From Methylorubrum extorquens (GTDB lineage: Bacteria; Pseudomonadota; Alphaproteobacteria; Rhizobiales; Beijerinckiaceae): DNA of 32,000 nucleotides. Every line of letters begins with the position of its first letter. Position 1 is the first letter of the stretch. The position numbers and the translations under genes are program-made. The DNA lies in contig LT962688.1 in the NCBI GenBank assembly GCA_900234795.1, forward strand, positions 3,870,001 through 3,902,000, in the 5' to 3' direction. This document shows, piece by piece, positions 10,613 to 19,686 of the stretch. A model generated the notes under the pieces. That model made no database searches, had not been told where the DNA came from, and was given only the letters and a program-made list of their open reading frames with translations.

Positions 10613-11548
10613 ATGAGCGACTTCACCCTCAACGGCATCAAGGTCGAGGACACCTTCGCCGAAGCCTTCGACGTCGCGGGCACCGCGATCATCGTCACCA
10701 ACGACACGCCGAAATGGGCGATGATCGCGGCGACGGTGATGACGGGCTTCGCGACCTCGGTGATCGGCTGCGGCGCCGAGGCCGGCATCGATGCCGAACT
10801 CTCCCCCGACGAGACGCCGGACGGACGCCCGGGCGTGCGCATCCTGCTGTTCGGCTTCGAGCCGAACGGGCTGAAGGACCAGCTCCTCAAGCGCGTCGGC
10901 CAGTGCATCCTCACCTGCCCCGGCACCGCCTGCTTTGCCGGCGTCGAAGGCCCGACCAAGATCAAGCTCGGCGGCGCGATCCGCTATTTCGGCGACGGCT
11001 TCGCGGTCGCCAAGCGCCTGCCCGACCATGAGGGCAAGATGCGCCGCTACTGGCGCATCCCCGTCATGGACGGCGAGTTCCTGTGCGAGGATTCGGTGCG
11101 CGCGGTCGATGGCGCGGTCGGCGGCGGCAACCTGCTGTTCCTCGGCCGCAAGCACGCCGACACCCTTATCGTCGCCGAGATCGCGGTCGAGGCGGCGAAA
11201 GCCATCCCCGGCGCGATCCTGCCCTTCCCCGGCGGCATCGTCCGCTCCGGCTCGAAGGTCGGCGGGCGCACCAAGGGCATGATGGCCTCGACCAACGACG
11301 CCTATTGCCCGACGCTGAAGGGCCGGGCCGGCTCGGCGCTGCCGCCCGAATGCGGCGTGGTGCTGGAAATCGTCATCGACGCCCTGACCTCGGCGGCGGT
11401 CGCCGAATCGATGCGCGCGGCACTGCACGCCGCCACCGAGATCGGCGCACAGCACGGCCTCGTCGCGGTCACCGCCGGCAATTACGGCGGCAATCTCGGC
11501 CGGCATCATTACCACCTCCGCGACCTGTTGGAGAAACCCGCCGCATGA
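10613..11548 (+). CDS. fhcD: Formylmethanofuran:H4MPT formyltransferase subunit of the Fhc complex
   Basis: 311 aa from ATG 10613 (MSDFTLNGIKVEDTFAEAFDVAGTAIIVTND...), Ftr-like. The stop overlaps the fhcC start (ATGA). Confidence 0.9.
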   Translation: MSDFTLNGIKVEDTFAEAFDVAGTAIIVTNDTPKWAMIAATVMTGFATSVIGCGAEAGIDAELSPDETPDGRPGVRILLFGFEPNGLKDQLLKRVGQCILTCPGTACFAGVEGPTKIKLGGAIRYFGDGFAVAKRLPDHEGKMRRYWRIPVMDGEFLCEDSVRAVDGAVGGGNLLFLGRKHADTLIVAEIAVEAAKAIPGAILPFPGGIVRSGSKVGGRTKGMMASTNDAYCPTLKGRAGSALPPECGVVLEIVIDALTSAAVAESMRAALHAATEIGAQHGLVAVTAGNYGGNLGRHHYHLRDLLEKPAA

Positions 11549-12343
11549 GCACGCTGAGACTGCGCGGTGATCTGCCGGAGCGGGTCGACCTTCTCAACAT
11601 CACCCCCCTCGCCCTGAGCGGTCTGTCCGAGGCCGAGGCGGGCAAGCTCGCCATCGGCACGAGCCGCCGCGGCTTGACCCTCGGCGACGTGTTCGAGATC
11701 AGCCTCGACGGTTCCGATAGCCTCGTGATCGAGGGCGGCTCGTCCCGGCTCGACCGGGTGGGTGCGGCGCTCTCGCAAGGCTCGATCCGGGTCGAGGGCG
11801 ATGTCGGCCAGCGCCTCGGCGAAGGCATGGCGGCCGGCTCGCTCACCGTGACGGGCTCGGCCGGCCCCTATGCCGGCACCGGCGCCACCGGCGGCACCAT
11901 CACGATCGAGGGCGATGCCGGCGACCACGCGGGCGGCGCCGTCTACGCCGGCAAGGCCGGGCTCGACGGCGCGACGCTCGTCATCAAGGGCGCGGCCGGC
12001 GACCATCTCGGCGACCGGATGCGCCGCGGCATGATCCTGGCAGGCTCCGCGGGTGCATTCGCGGCCTCCCGCATGATCGCGGGCACGATCGTCGTCTCCG
12101 GCGCGCTCGGCGACCATCCGGGCTACGGCATGCGCCGCGGCACACTGGTCGCGGGCAGCCACGGCACGCTGCTGCCGACCTTCGTCGAGACCGGCACCCC
12201 CCGACCTCGTCTTCGTCCGGCTGCTGGCCCAGAGCCTCAAGCATCTCGGCGCGGCGCAGGCCAGCCTTCTCAGCGGCACGCTGCGGCGCTACTCCGGCGA
12301 TCTCGCGACGCTCGGCAAGGGCGAACTGTTCGTTCCGGCCTGA
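11545..12343 (+). CDS. fhcC: Formyltransferase/hydrolase complex subunit C (FwdC-like, GXXGXXXG repeat beta-helix); apparent +1 frame break at a C6 run
   Basis: MSTLRLRGDLPERVDLLNITPLAL...; the repeated G-D-x-G-x-x-x-G units are typical of FwdC and the glutamate synthase C-terminal domain. As read, the ORF runs to 12390 with an Arg/Pro-rich tail. Shifting the frame after C6 (12197-12202) restores a native-looking tail that ends at TGA 12341-12343. Confidence 0.8.
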
Positions 12344-12367
12344 TCCGGCACGATTTTTCCGAAAGAC

Positions 12368-12399
12368 GCCGGCAAGTCGCAGAAAAATGACTTGCCGGC
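12368..12399 (+). terminator. Stem-loop terminator candidate after the fhc operon
   Basis: GCCGGCAAGTC (12368-12378) pairs with GACTTGCCGGC (12389-12399), an 11-bp perfect stem with a 10-nt loop. It is followed by CTGCCGGTTTCTCCC, which is only moderately T-rich. Confidence 0.45.
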
Positions 12400-12490
12400 C
12401 TGCCGGTTTCTCCCACCTTGCCTCAGACCGAGGCGCGGGACACCGATCCGGTCGAGCCGACCGCGCCCCCTCCGAGCCGAGGCCGCGCGC

Positions 12491-12748
12491 ATGTTCCTGC
12501 TCCTGTCCGTCTGCCTGATCGCCCAGCCGGCGAAGTGCCACGACGAGCGGATCAACCTGAACTACGACAATCCGAACCCCTTCCTGTGTCTGCGCAACTC
12601 GCAGAGCACGCTCGCGGCGTGGCAGGAGGAGCATCCGGACTATCACGTGAAGAGTTGGCGCTGCGCCCCCCAAGGCGAGCCTGCCGACCGACCTGTAGAA
12701 CCAACCCGCGAGCGGACCGGGAAAAGCCGGCAATGCGAGCCGGCTTGA
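12491..12748 (+). CDS. Small exported Cys-containing protein of unknown function; true 3' end may be 12698
   Basis: ATG 12491 gives MFLLLSVCLIAQPAKCHDERINLNYDNPNPFLCLRNSQSTLAAWQEEHPDYHVKSWRC... The N-terminus is hydrophobic and third positions are strongly G/C for about 60 codons. The tail after a C6 run (12666-12671) loses that bias. Confidence 0.5.
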   Translation: MFLLLSVCLIAQPAKCHDERINLNYDNPNPFLCLRNSQSTLAAWQEEHPDYHVKSWRCAPQGEPADRPVEPTRERTGKSRQCEPA

Positions 12749-12806
12749 GACCCTGCCCCGGCGGTGACATGGTCCGCGCGCCGCCCCTGCGGCGGAGAGG
12801 GAAACC

Positions 12807-14444
12807 ATGCGTTCGCTGAGAGTCCGGTTCGCCCTCCTGCTCGGCGGCACGGCGCTGATCGCCCTGCTGGCCGCGACCGGCGTCTTGTGGTCGATCCGGC
12901 TGACCGAGAACGTCATCGAACGCACGCTCGCCGCCCAGCACCGGCTGGAGCTTCTGGCGGAACTGTCGGGGCGGCTGGCACAGTACGGCTTTGCCGCCAT
13001 CGACAGCGTCGGCAATCCGGATGCGCCGCCCGAAGCTCTGTCGGTGACCCGCGACCGGGTCGATCAGGCGCTCAACCATGTCGATGACGCCATCGGCAGC
13101 GGCATGGCGACCAGCGCCAACCTGGAGGACCGGATCCAGTACGTCGCCCGCACCCGGCCGCTCGCCAACGTGCGTGCGGCCCGCGCGATGCTCGACCGTC
13201 AGGTCACCCTGGTGCGGCGCGAGACCGATCCCGACCTTCGCAAGACAGCGATGCAGGGCGCGCTCAACGCCTTCGGCGCCATGACGGGACCGCCACTCTC
13301 CCTGCTGATCGAGGCGGAGCGGCGCAGCATGACCGCCGGCTCCGAGGCGGCCCGAACCCTTTCGCAGCGGCTCACCGCCGCCGCGCTCGCCGCGACGGTG
13401 CTAGCGCTCGCCTTCGTCGGGGTGCTCTATCGTTCGGTCACGCGGCCGACGCTGGCGCGCATCGAGGAGATCCGCCGCGCGGCCGGGGCCGTCGGCAGCG
13501 GCGCGCTCGGGACCCGACTCTCGGTCGAGACCCGCGACGAACTCGGGCTTCTGGTCGCGAACTTCAACCGCATGGCCGCCCGGCTCGCCCGCCGCGAGGG
13601 CCGGCTCGCCGCCGACCGGGCCGCCCTGGAGGACACGGTGGAGGCCCGCACCGCCGACCTGCGCGCCGCCAACGAGCGGCTGGAGATGGTGGACCGCTCC
13701 CGGCGCCGCTTCTTCGCCGATGTCAGCCACGAACTGCGCACGCCGCTCACGGTGATCCTGGGCGAGTGCGACCTCGCCCAGCGTTCGGCGGAGCGCGCCG
13801 CCGGCCGAACCGTGGATTACGGACCGGTCTTCACCACCATCCGCAAACGGGCGCAGCGTCTCAAGCGACGGGTCGAGGATCTGCTTCGCGTGGCCCGCTC
13901 GGAATCCGGCCAGATCGAGCTCGACCGGCGGGCCGTCAGCGCCGTCGAGGTGCTGACCGACGCCGTCGACAGTGCCGGCTCGGAGGCTGCCCGCCGCCGG
14001 GTCGAACTGATGCTGGAACCGGGCGACCACGACATCGAGATCGCCGCCGATCCGGAATGGCTCCGCCAGGTTGTCGAGAGCCTGATCGACAACGCCCTGC
14101 GCCACGCCACCGGCCTGACCCGCATCACCGTCTCGCTGAGCGAGCACGACACGCCGCAGGGCCGCCGGGCGCGGGTCACCATCGACGACGACGGCCCCGG
14201 CTTCCCCGCGGGCGGGGACGGGCTGTTCGAGCGCTTCCGCCGCGAGGCCCGATCGGGAGAAGCGGGATTCGGCATAGGTTTAGCTCTGGCGCGATGGGTC
14301 GTTGAGCGCCATGATGGCGCGATCAGCCTCGGCAAAGCCGAACATGGCGGCGGCGCCCGGGTGGTCATCGACCTGCCCTCGCTCGACGATGGCGTCGCGC
14401 CGGAATCCTACGGGGCAGGACACGAGAGGATCGGCGCCGCATGA
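12807..14444 (+). CDS. mxbD: Membrane sensor histidine kinase (two TM segments, HAMP, HisKA, HATPase)
   Basis: 545 aa. Motifs seen: H-box FFADVSHELRTPLTVILG, N-box LIDNALRHA, G-boxes DDDGPGF and GFGIGLALA. GGAGAGGGAAACC precedes the ATG. The symbol rests on my recollection that mxbDM sits next to pqq in M. extorquens. Confidence 0.85.
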   Translation: MRSLRVRFALLLGGTALIALLAATGVLWSIRLTENVIERTLAAQHRLELLAELSGRLAQYGFAAIDSVGNPDAPPEALSVTRDRVDQALNHVDDAIGSGMATSANLEDRIQYVARTRPLANVRAARAMLDRQVTLVRRETDPDLRKTAMQGALNAFGAMTGPPLSLLIEAERRSMTAGSEAARTLSQRLTAAALAATVLALAFVGVLYRSVTRPTLARIEEIRRAAGAVGSGALGTRLSVETRDELGLLVANFNRMAARLARREGRLAADRAALEDTVEARTADLRAANERLEMVDRSRRRFFADVSHELRTPLTVILGECDLAQRSAERAAGRTVDYGPVFTTIRKRAQRLKRRVEDLLRVARSESGQIELDRRAVSAVEVLTDAVDSAGSEAARRRVELMLEPGDHDIEIAADPEWLRQVVESLIDNALRHATGLTRITVSLSEHDTPQGRRARVTIDDDGPGFPAGGDGLFERFRREARSGEAGFGIGLALARWVVERHDGAISLGKAEHGGGARVVIDLPSLDDGVAPESYGAGHERIGAA

Positions 14445-15148
14445 CGACGCGCGTATTGATCGTTGAGGATGATATCGACATCCGCGGCATCCTGGCTCGC
14501 GGCCTGGAGGCGGAAGGGTTTTCCGTCGGCGTGGCCGGCCGGGTCGAGGACGCGCTGAGCGCCGCCCGCGACGAGGCGCCGGAGGCGGTGGTGCTCGACA
14601 TCACCCTGCCCGACGGCTCCGGCCACGACGTCTGCCGCAGCCTGCGCGAGGGCGGCTATCCCGGCGCGATCCTTTTCCTGAGCGCCCGCGACGAGGTGCG
14701 CGACCGGGCCGAGGGGCTGGCGCTCGGTGCCGACGACTACATCGTCAAGCCGTTCGTGTTCGACGAATTGCTTGCCCGGCTCCAAGTTCACCTGCTCCGA
14801 CGGCGGGAGGCGGACACCCCACGCACCGTCTTCACCGCCGGCCGCCTGACTCTCGACGTCAACATCCGCCAGGTCAGCTTCGGTGAGGCCTCCGCGCGCC
14901 TCACCCCGCGGGAGGCGGAGCTGCTAGCCCTGCTGATGCAGGAGGTGAACCGCCCGATCTCGCGCGGCGAGATCTTCGACCGGCTCTGGGCGAGCCAGGG
15001 CGGCCTCTCGCTCAACGTGGTCGATGTCTATGTCGGCTACCTGCGCTCGAAGCTCTCGGATTTCGTGCGGCTGGGTGGCCCGGTGATCGTCACGGTGCGC
15101 GGCAAGGGCTTCATGCTCGATCTGCGCGGTCAGGATTTCCGTCACTGA
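14441..15148 (+). CDS. mxbM: OmpR-family response regulator
   Basis: 235 aa, MTTRVLIVEDDIDIRGILARGLEAEGF... A receiver domain (DITLPDGSG) is followed by a winged-helix C-terminus (LTPREAELLALLM...VDVYVGYLRSKL). The start forms an ATGA overlap with the kinase stop. Confidence 0.85.
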   Translation: MTTRVLIVEDDIDIRGILARGLEAEGFSVGVAGRVEDALSAARDEAPEAVVLDITLPDGSGHDVCRSLREGGYPGAILFLSARDEVRDRAEGLALGADDYIVKPFVFDELLARLQVHLLRRREADTPRTVFTAGRLTLDVNIRQVSFGEASARLTPREAELLALLMQEVNRPISRGEIFDRLWASQGGLSLNVVDVYVGYLRSKLSDFVRLGGPVIVTVRGKGFMLDLRGQDFRH

Positions 15149-15352
15149 CCCCCGCGGCATTTCGCTGCGAGAGCCGTCCCCGACCTGATGGCATCAGGCC
15201 GGCGTCTCCCGGTCTTTGCTTGAACGCGCTTTCTTCCGCCGAACCGGCGTCCACCTCGTCGGAAAGCGCTCTCAGACCAAAGTTTAACCCGCGTCTCACG
15301 CGAAGTTATGCCGAACCGGTCTCGAACTTGGGAAGAAACGGCAAGCTGGCTC

Positions 15353-15381
15353 TTGCAGGCGGGGCCGGAATTGGCGATATA
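15353..15381 (+). promoter_or_regulatory. Sigma70-like promoter candidate upstream of pqqA
   Basis: TTGCAG (15353-15358), a 17-nt spacer, then GATATA (15376-15381), about 100 nt upstream of the pqqA ATG in a lower-GC stretch. This is pattern match only. Confidence 0.25.
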
Positions 15382-15482
15382 CCCCCGGCGTGCGAAAACG
15401 AGTGCGTCGCCAGTATCTTACGATCCTCTTAATCAGTGGGATCGCGCGGTTCCGGCGTTCCATAAAGTCGAGGAGAGACACC

Positions 15483-15572
15483 ATGAAGTGGGCTGCCCCC
15501 ATCGTTTCCGAGATCTGCGTCGGCATGGAAGTCACGAGCTACGAGTCGGCCGAGATCGACACCTTCAACTAA
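15483..15572 (+). CDS. pqqA: PQQ precursor peptide
   Basis: 29 aa, MKWAAPIVSEICVGMEVTSYESAEIDTFN, with the conserved E-x3-Y (EVTSY) cross-linking pair. GAGGAGAGA precedes the ATG. Confidence 0.95.
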   Translation: MKWAAPIVSEICVGMEVTSYESAEIDTFN

Positions 15573-15619
15573 GGTGATTTGAGCCGGGTTGGGGTTGCAG
15601 GCATCAGCGGGTTTTCACC

Positions 15620-16519
15620 ATGCATGTCGTAATCCTGGGCTCGGCTGCGGGCGGCGGCGTTCCTCAATGGAACTGCCGCTGCTCCATCTGCTCCCTGGCT
15701 TGGGCGGGCGATTCCCGCGTCAGGCCGCGCACTCAGTCGAGCATCGCAGTCTCTCCTGACGGGGAACGCTGGCTCCTGCTGAACGCCTCCCCCGATATCC
15801 GCCAGCAGATCCAGGCTAATCCGCAGATGCATCCGCGCGAGGGCCTGCGCCACTCGCCGATCCACGCGGTGCTGCTGACGAACGGCGATGTCGATCACGT
15901 CGCGGGCCTACTGACCCTGCGCGAGGGCCAGCCCTTCACGCTCTACGCGACACCCGGCATCCTGGCCTCCGTCTCCGACAACCGCGTCTTCGACGTGATG
16001 GCCGCCGAGGTGGTGAAGCGGCAGACGATCGCCCTCAATGAGACCTTCGAGCCGGTGCCCGGCCTCTCGGTAACGCTGTTCTCCGTCCCCGGCAAGGTGC
16101 CGCTCTGGCTGGAGGACGCCTCGATGGAGATCGGAGCGGAGACTGAAACCACGGTCGGCACGATGATCGAGGCCGGGGGCAAGCGCCTCGCCTACATCCC
16201 CGGCTGCGCCCGGGTGACGGAGGATCTGAAAGCCCGCATCGCCGGCGCCGATGCGCTCCTGTTCGACGGCACGGTGCTGGAGGACGACGACATGATCCGC
16301 GCCGGCGTCGGCACCAAGACCGGCTGGCGCATGGGCCATATCCAGATGAACGGCGAGACCGGCTCGATCGCGTCTCTCGCCGATGTCGAGATCGGCCGAC
16401 GGGTCTTCGTTCACATCAACAACACCAATCCGGTCCTGATCGAGGATTCGTCCGAGCGCGCGAGCGTCGAGGCGCGCGGCTGGACCGTCGCCCATGACGG
16501 CCTGACCCTCGATCTCTGA
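15620..16519 (+). CDS. pqqB: PQQ biosynthesis protein B (metallo-beta-lactamase fold)
   Basis: 299 aa, MHVVILGSAAGGGVPQWNCRCSICSLAW...TNGDVDHVAGLL. Confidence 0.93.
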   Translation: MHVVILGSAAGGGVPQWNCRCSICSLAWAGDSRVRPRTQSSIAVSPDGERWLLLNASPDIRQQIQANPQMHPREGLRHSPIHAVLLTNGDVDHVAGLLTLREGQPFTLYATPGILASVSDNRVFDVMAAEVVKRQTIALNETFEPVPGLSVTLFSVPGKVPLWLEDASMEIGAETETTVGTMIEAGGKRLAYIPGCARVTEDLKARIAGADALLFDGTVLEDDDMIRAGVGTKTGWRMGHIQMNGETGSIASLADVEIGRRVFVHINNTNPVLIEDSSERASVEARGWTVAHDGLTLDL

Positions 16520-16685
16520 TCGGGCCGAGGTCTTCGGAAGAGCCCGGTCTGGAAATTTAGTGCCGGACTGAATATGTTTTGCACGATCCAATCGTGCGGC
16601 AGCGGCCCTGCCCCGATCGGTACCGCGCCCCATTTAAAAATAAATCCAGGAAACGCGACTCGAAGCTCGGGGGAAACCGAACGCC

Positions 16686-17804
16686 ATGACCGCCCAATTC
16701 CCGCCGCCCGTCCCGGACACCGAGCAACGCCTGCTGAGCCACGAGGAGCTTGAGGCGGCGCTCCGCGATATCGGTGCACGGCGCTACCACAACCTCCACC
16801 CGTTCCACCGGCTGCTGCATGACGGCAAGCTGTCGAAGGATCAGGTCCGGGCCTGGGCGCTCAACCGCTACTATTATCAGGCGATGATTCCGGTGAAGGA
16901 TGCGGCGCTCCTGGCCCGCCTGCCGGATGCGCAGCTTCGCCGGATCTGGCGCCAGCGCATCGTCGATCATGACGGCGACCATGAGGGCGACGGCGGCATC
17001 GAGCGCTGGCTCAAGCTTGCCGAAGGCGTCGGCTTCACCCGCGACTACGTGCTCTCGACCAAGGGCATTCTGTCGGCGACCCGCTTCTCGGTCGATGCCT
17101 ATGTCCACTTCGTCTCCGAGCGCAGCCTGCTCGAAGCCATCGCCTCCTCGCTGACCGAGATGTTCTCGCCGACGATCATCTCCGAGCGTGTCGCCGGGAT
17201 GCTGAAGAACTACGACTTCATCACCAAGGACACGCTGGCCTATTTCGACAAGCGTCTGACCCAGGCCCCGCGCGACGCCGATTTCGCCCTCGATTACGTC
17301 AAGCGGCATGCCACCACGCCCGAGATGCAGCGGGCGGCGATGGATGCGCTGACCTTCAAGTGCAACGTGCTCTGGACGCAGCTCGACGCGCTTTACTTCG
17401 CCTATGTCGCCCCCGGCATGGTGCCGCCGGATGCGTGGCAGCCGGGCGAGGGCCTTGTCGCCGAGACGAACTCCGCCGAGGACAGCCCCCCCGCTGCGGC
17501 CAGCCCCGCCGCGACGACGGCTGAACCCACAGCCTTCTCGGGCAGTGACGTGCCGCGCCTGCCCCGCGGCGTGCGCCTGCGCTTCGACGAGGTCCGCAAC
17601 AAGCACGTGCTGCTCGCCCCCGAGCGCACCTTCGACCTCGATGACAACGCCGTCGCGGTCCTCAAGCTCGTCGATGGCCGGAACACGGTTTCGAAGATCG
17701 CCCAGATTCTGGGTCAGACCTACGACGCCGACCCGGCCATCATCGAAGCCGACATCCTCCCGATGCTGGCTGGCCTCGCGCAAAAAAGGGTTCTGGAGCG
17801 ATGA
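16686..17804 (+). CDS. pqqCD: Fused PqqC (PQQ synthase) and PqqD (peptide chaperone)
   Basis: 372 aa. The N-terminal ~250 aa are PqqC-like ([33 protein letters not shown]). A Pro/Ala-rich linker ([16 protein letters not shown]) follows. The C-terminal ~85 aa are PqqD-like ([34 protein letters not shown]). Confidence 0.92.
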   Translation: MTAQFPPPVPDTEQRLLSHEELEAALRDIGARRYHNLHPFHRLLHDGKLSKDQVRAWALNRYYYQAMIPVKDAALLARLPDAQLRRIWRQRIVDHDGDHEGDGGIERWLKLAEGVGFTRDYVLSTKGILSATRFSVDAYVHFVSERSLLEAIASSLTEMFSPTIISERVAGMLKNYDFITKDTLAYFDKRLTQAPRDADFALDYVKRHATTPEMQRAAMDALTFKCNVLWTQLDALYFAYVAPGMVPPDAWQPGEGLVAETNSAEDSPPAAASPAATTAEPTAFSGSDVPRLPRGVRLRFDEVRNKHVLLAPERTFDLDDNAVAVLKLVDGRNTVSKIAQILGQTYDADPAIIEADILPMLAGLAQKRVLER

Positions 17805-18955
17805 ATGCACCGACCCCCGCCTCCTCCCCCGTGGACGTCATTCCGGCGCCGGTGGGTCTGCTCGCCGAGCTGACGCACCGCTGCCCGCTGCGCTGCCCAT
17901 ACTGCTCGAACCCGCTGGAGCTCGACCGGCGCTCGGCCGAGCTGGACACGCAGACGTGGCTGCGGGTGCTGACGGAGGCGGCGGGTCTCGGTGTGCTGCA
18001 TGTCCACCTGTCGGGCGGTGAACCGACCGCCCGTCCCGACATCGTCGAGATCACGGCCAAATGCGCCGAACTCGGCCTGTACTCGAACCTGATCACCTCC
18101 GGCGTCGGCGGTGCCTTGGCAAAGCTCGACGCGCTCTACGACGTCGGCCTCGACCACGTGCAGCTCTCCGTCCAAGGGGTGGACGCGGCCAACGCGGAAA
18201 AGATCGGCGGCCTCAAGAACGCGCAGCCGCAGAAGATGCAGTTCGCCGCCCGCGTCACCGAACTCGGCCTGCCGCTGACGCTGAACTCGGTGATCCACCG
18301 CGGCAACATCCACGAGGTGCCGGGCTTCATCGACCTCGCGGTCAAGCTCGGCGCCAAGCGGCTGGAGGTGGCCCATACCCAGTATTACGGCTGGGCCTAT
18401 GTGAACCGCGCCGCGCTGATGCCAGATAAGAGCCAAGTCGATGAATCGATTCGCATCGTCGAGGCCGCGCGCGAGCGCCTCAAGGGCCAGCTCGTCATCG
18501 ACCTCGTGGTGCCGGACTACTACGCCAAGTACCCGAAGGCCTGCGCCGGCGGCTGGGGCCGCAAGCTGATGAACGTGACGCCGCAGGGCAAGGTGCTGCC
18601 CTGCCACGCCGCCGAGACCATCCCCGGCCTCGAATTCTGGTACGTCACCGACCACTCGCTCGGCGAGATCTGGACCCAATCCCCGGCCTTTGCCGCCTAT
18701 CGCGGCACAAGCTGGATGAAGGAGCCCTGCCGCTCCTGCGACCGGCGCGAGAAGGATTGGGGCGGGTGCCGCTGCCAGGCGCTGGCGCTCACGGGCGACG
18801 CGGCCAACACCGATCCGGCCTGCTCCCTTTCGCCGCTGCACGCGAAAATGCGGGATCTTGCCAAGGAAGAGGCTGCCGAGACCCCACCCGATTATATATA
18901 CCGCAGCATCGGGACGAATGTGCAAAACCCGTTGAGCGAAAAGGCACCCCTTTGA
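17801..18955 (+). CDS. pqqE: Radical SAM enzyme PqqE
   Basis: 384 aa with the [11 protein letters not shown] radical-SAM cluster motif and a C-terminal SPASM-type Cys cluster. The start forms an ATGA overlap with pqqC/D. Confidence 0.93.
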   Translation: MNAPTPASSPVDVIPAPVGLLAELTHRCPLRCPYCSNPLELDRRSAELDTQTWLRVLTEAAGLGVLHVHLSGGEPTARPDIVEITAKCAELGLYSNLITSGVGGALAKLDALYDVGLDHVQLSVQGVDAANAEKIGGLKNAQPQKMQFAARVTELGLPLTLNSVIHRGNIHEVPGFIDLAVKLGAKRLEVAHTQYYGWAYVNRAALMPDKSQVDESIRIVEAARERLKGQLVIDLVVPDYYAKYPKACAGGWGRKLMNVTPQGKVLPCHAAETIPGLEFWYVTDHSLGEIWTQSPAFAAYRGTSWMKEPCRSCDRREKDWGGCRCQALALTGDAANTDPACSLSPLHAKMRDLAKEEAAETPPDYIYRSIGTNVQNPLSEKAPL

Positions 18956-19686
18956 GACGATCCTTTCTGGCGGTCGCCCTCTCGGCCGCCCTCGTGACGA
19001 CGCCTTCCGCTTGGGCGGCTTCCGACACCACCCCAGCGGCGCCGCAAGAGACGGCGGCCAAAGATCCGGCAACCAAGGGCACCGCACCGGACGCCAGCGA
19101 TTTGCTGTTCGAGCAGCCGCAGATGAAGAACACCGCGCCCGGCAGCACCCTCACCTACGATTACGCGCGCCGCAGCGGCATCGAGCGCGGACCCTACGGG
19201 CCGCCGCTCAGCGACGCGATCAAGCTCACGGTCGAGCCCGGCAAGAGCGCCGAGAGCCGCGACATCCGCGTGCAGATGTTCTCCGGTGGCAACCGCCTCC
19301 CGGCCGGCCCCTTCACCGACATGCCCGGCAACCCCGTGCTGAGCCTGTTCCTCGAGAACCACCTGAAGGGTCTCGCCAGCCTGCTGGAAGCCAACCCGCG
19401 CTACATCAAGAACGCGATCCGAAAAGGTCTGCGCGAAAAGGCGACGGTGACGCCGATGCAGGTCTCGTTCAAGGGTCGGACCGTCGAGGGCTGGCGCGTC
19501 GAGATGAAGCCGTTCGCGGGCGATCCTCAGTCGGAGCGGATGCGTGGCTTCGAAACCATCACCTACACCTTCGTCGTCGCGCCCGACGTGCCGGGAGAGA
19601 TCGTCTCGATCCAGGCCCGTGCGCTGAAGCCAGATGGCGGCGAACTCCTCGAAGAGAGGCTCGATTATGACCAGAAGGATTCCTGA
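18952..19686 (+). CDS. Exported protein of unknown function, translationally coupled to pqqE
   Basis: A TTG start at 18952 overlaps the pqqE stop (TTGA). The signal peptide reads (M)[24 protein letters not shown]. The protein is 244 aa, has no Cys, and shows strong G/C third-position bias throughout. Confidence 0.7.
   Translation: MRRSFLAVALSAALVTTPSAWAASDTTPAAPQETAAKDPATKGTAPDASDLLFEQPQMKNTAPGSTLTYDYARRSGIERGPYGPPLSDAIKLTVEPGKSAESRDIRVQMFSGGNRLPAGPFTDMPGNPVLSLFLENHLKGLASLLEANPRYIKNAIRKGLREKATVTPMQVSFKGRTVEGWRVEMKPFAGDPQSERMRGFETITYTFVVAPDVPGEIVSIQARALKPDGGELLEERLDYDQKDS

Noticed and set aside
8839-10965. 708-aa minus-strand ORF, the longest in the track
   Set aside because: It is antisense to fhcA and fhcD, which have clear family signatures. 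Its translation is Arg/Gly/Ala/Asp-rich with no recognisable motif. This is the usual shadow ORF of a high-GC gene.
15149-15482. GCCGAACCGG occurring twice (about 15237 and about 15309) upstream of pqqA as a possible regulator site
   Set aside because: It is a 10-mer with simple GC-rich composition, the copies are about 70 nt apart, and there is no symmetry or matching copy upstream of xoxF. It could be chance.
16574-16750. Short ORF (MFCTIQSCGSGPAPIG...) in the pqqB-pqqC gap
   Set aside because: It has no Shine-Dalgarno sequence, runs out of frame into pqqC, and has no resemblance to PqqA-type or other peptides I recognise.
16557-19087. Two long minus-strand ORFs (417 aa and 455 aa)
   Set aside because: They are antisense to pqqC/D and pqqE. 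No motifs are present and the composition is off-frame.
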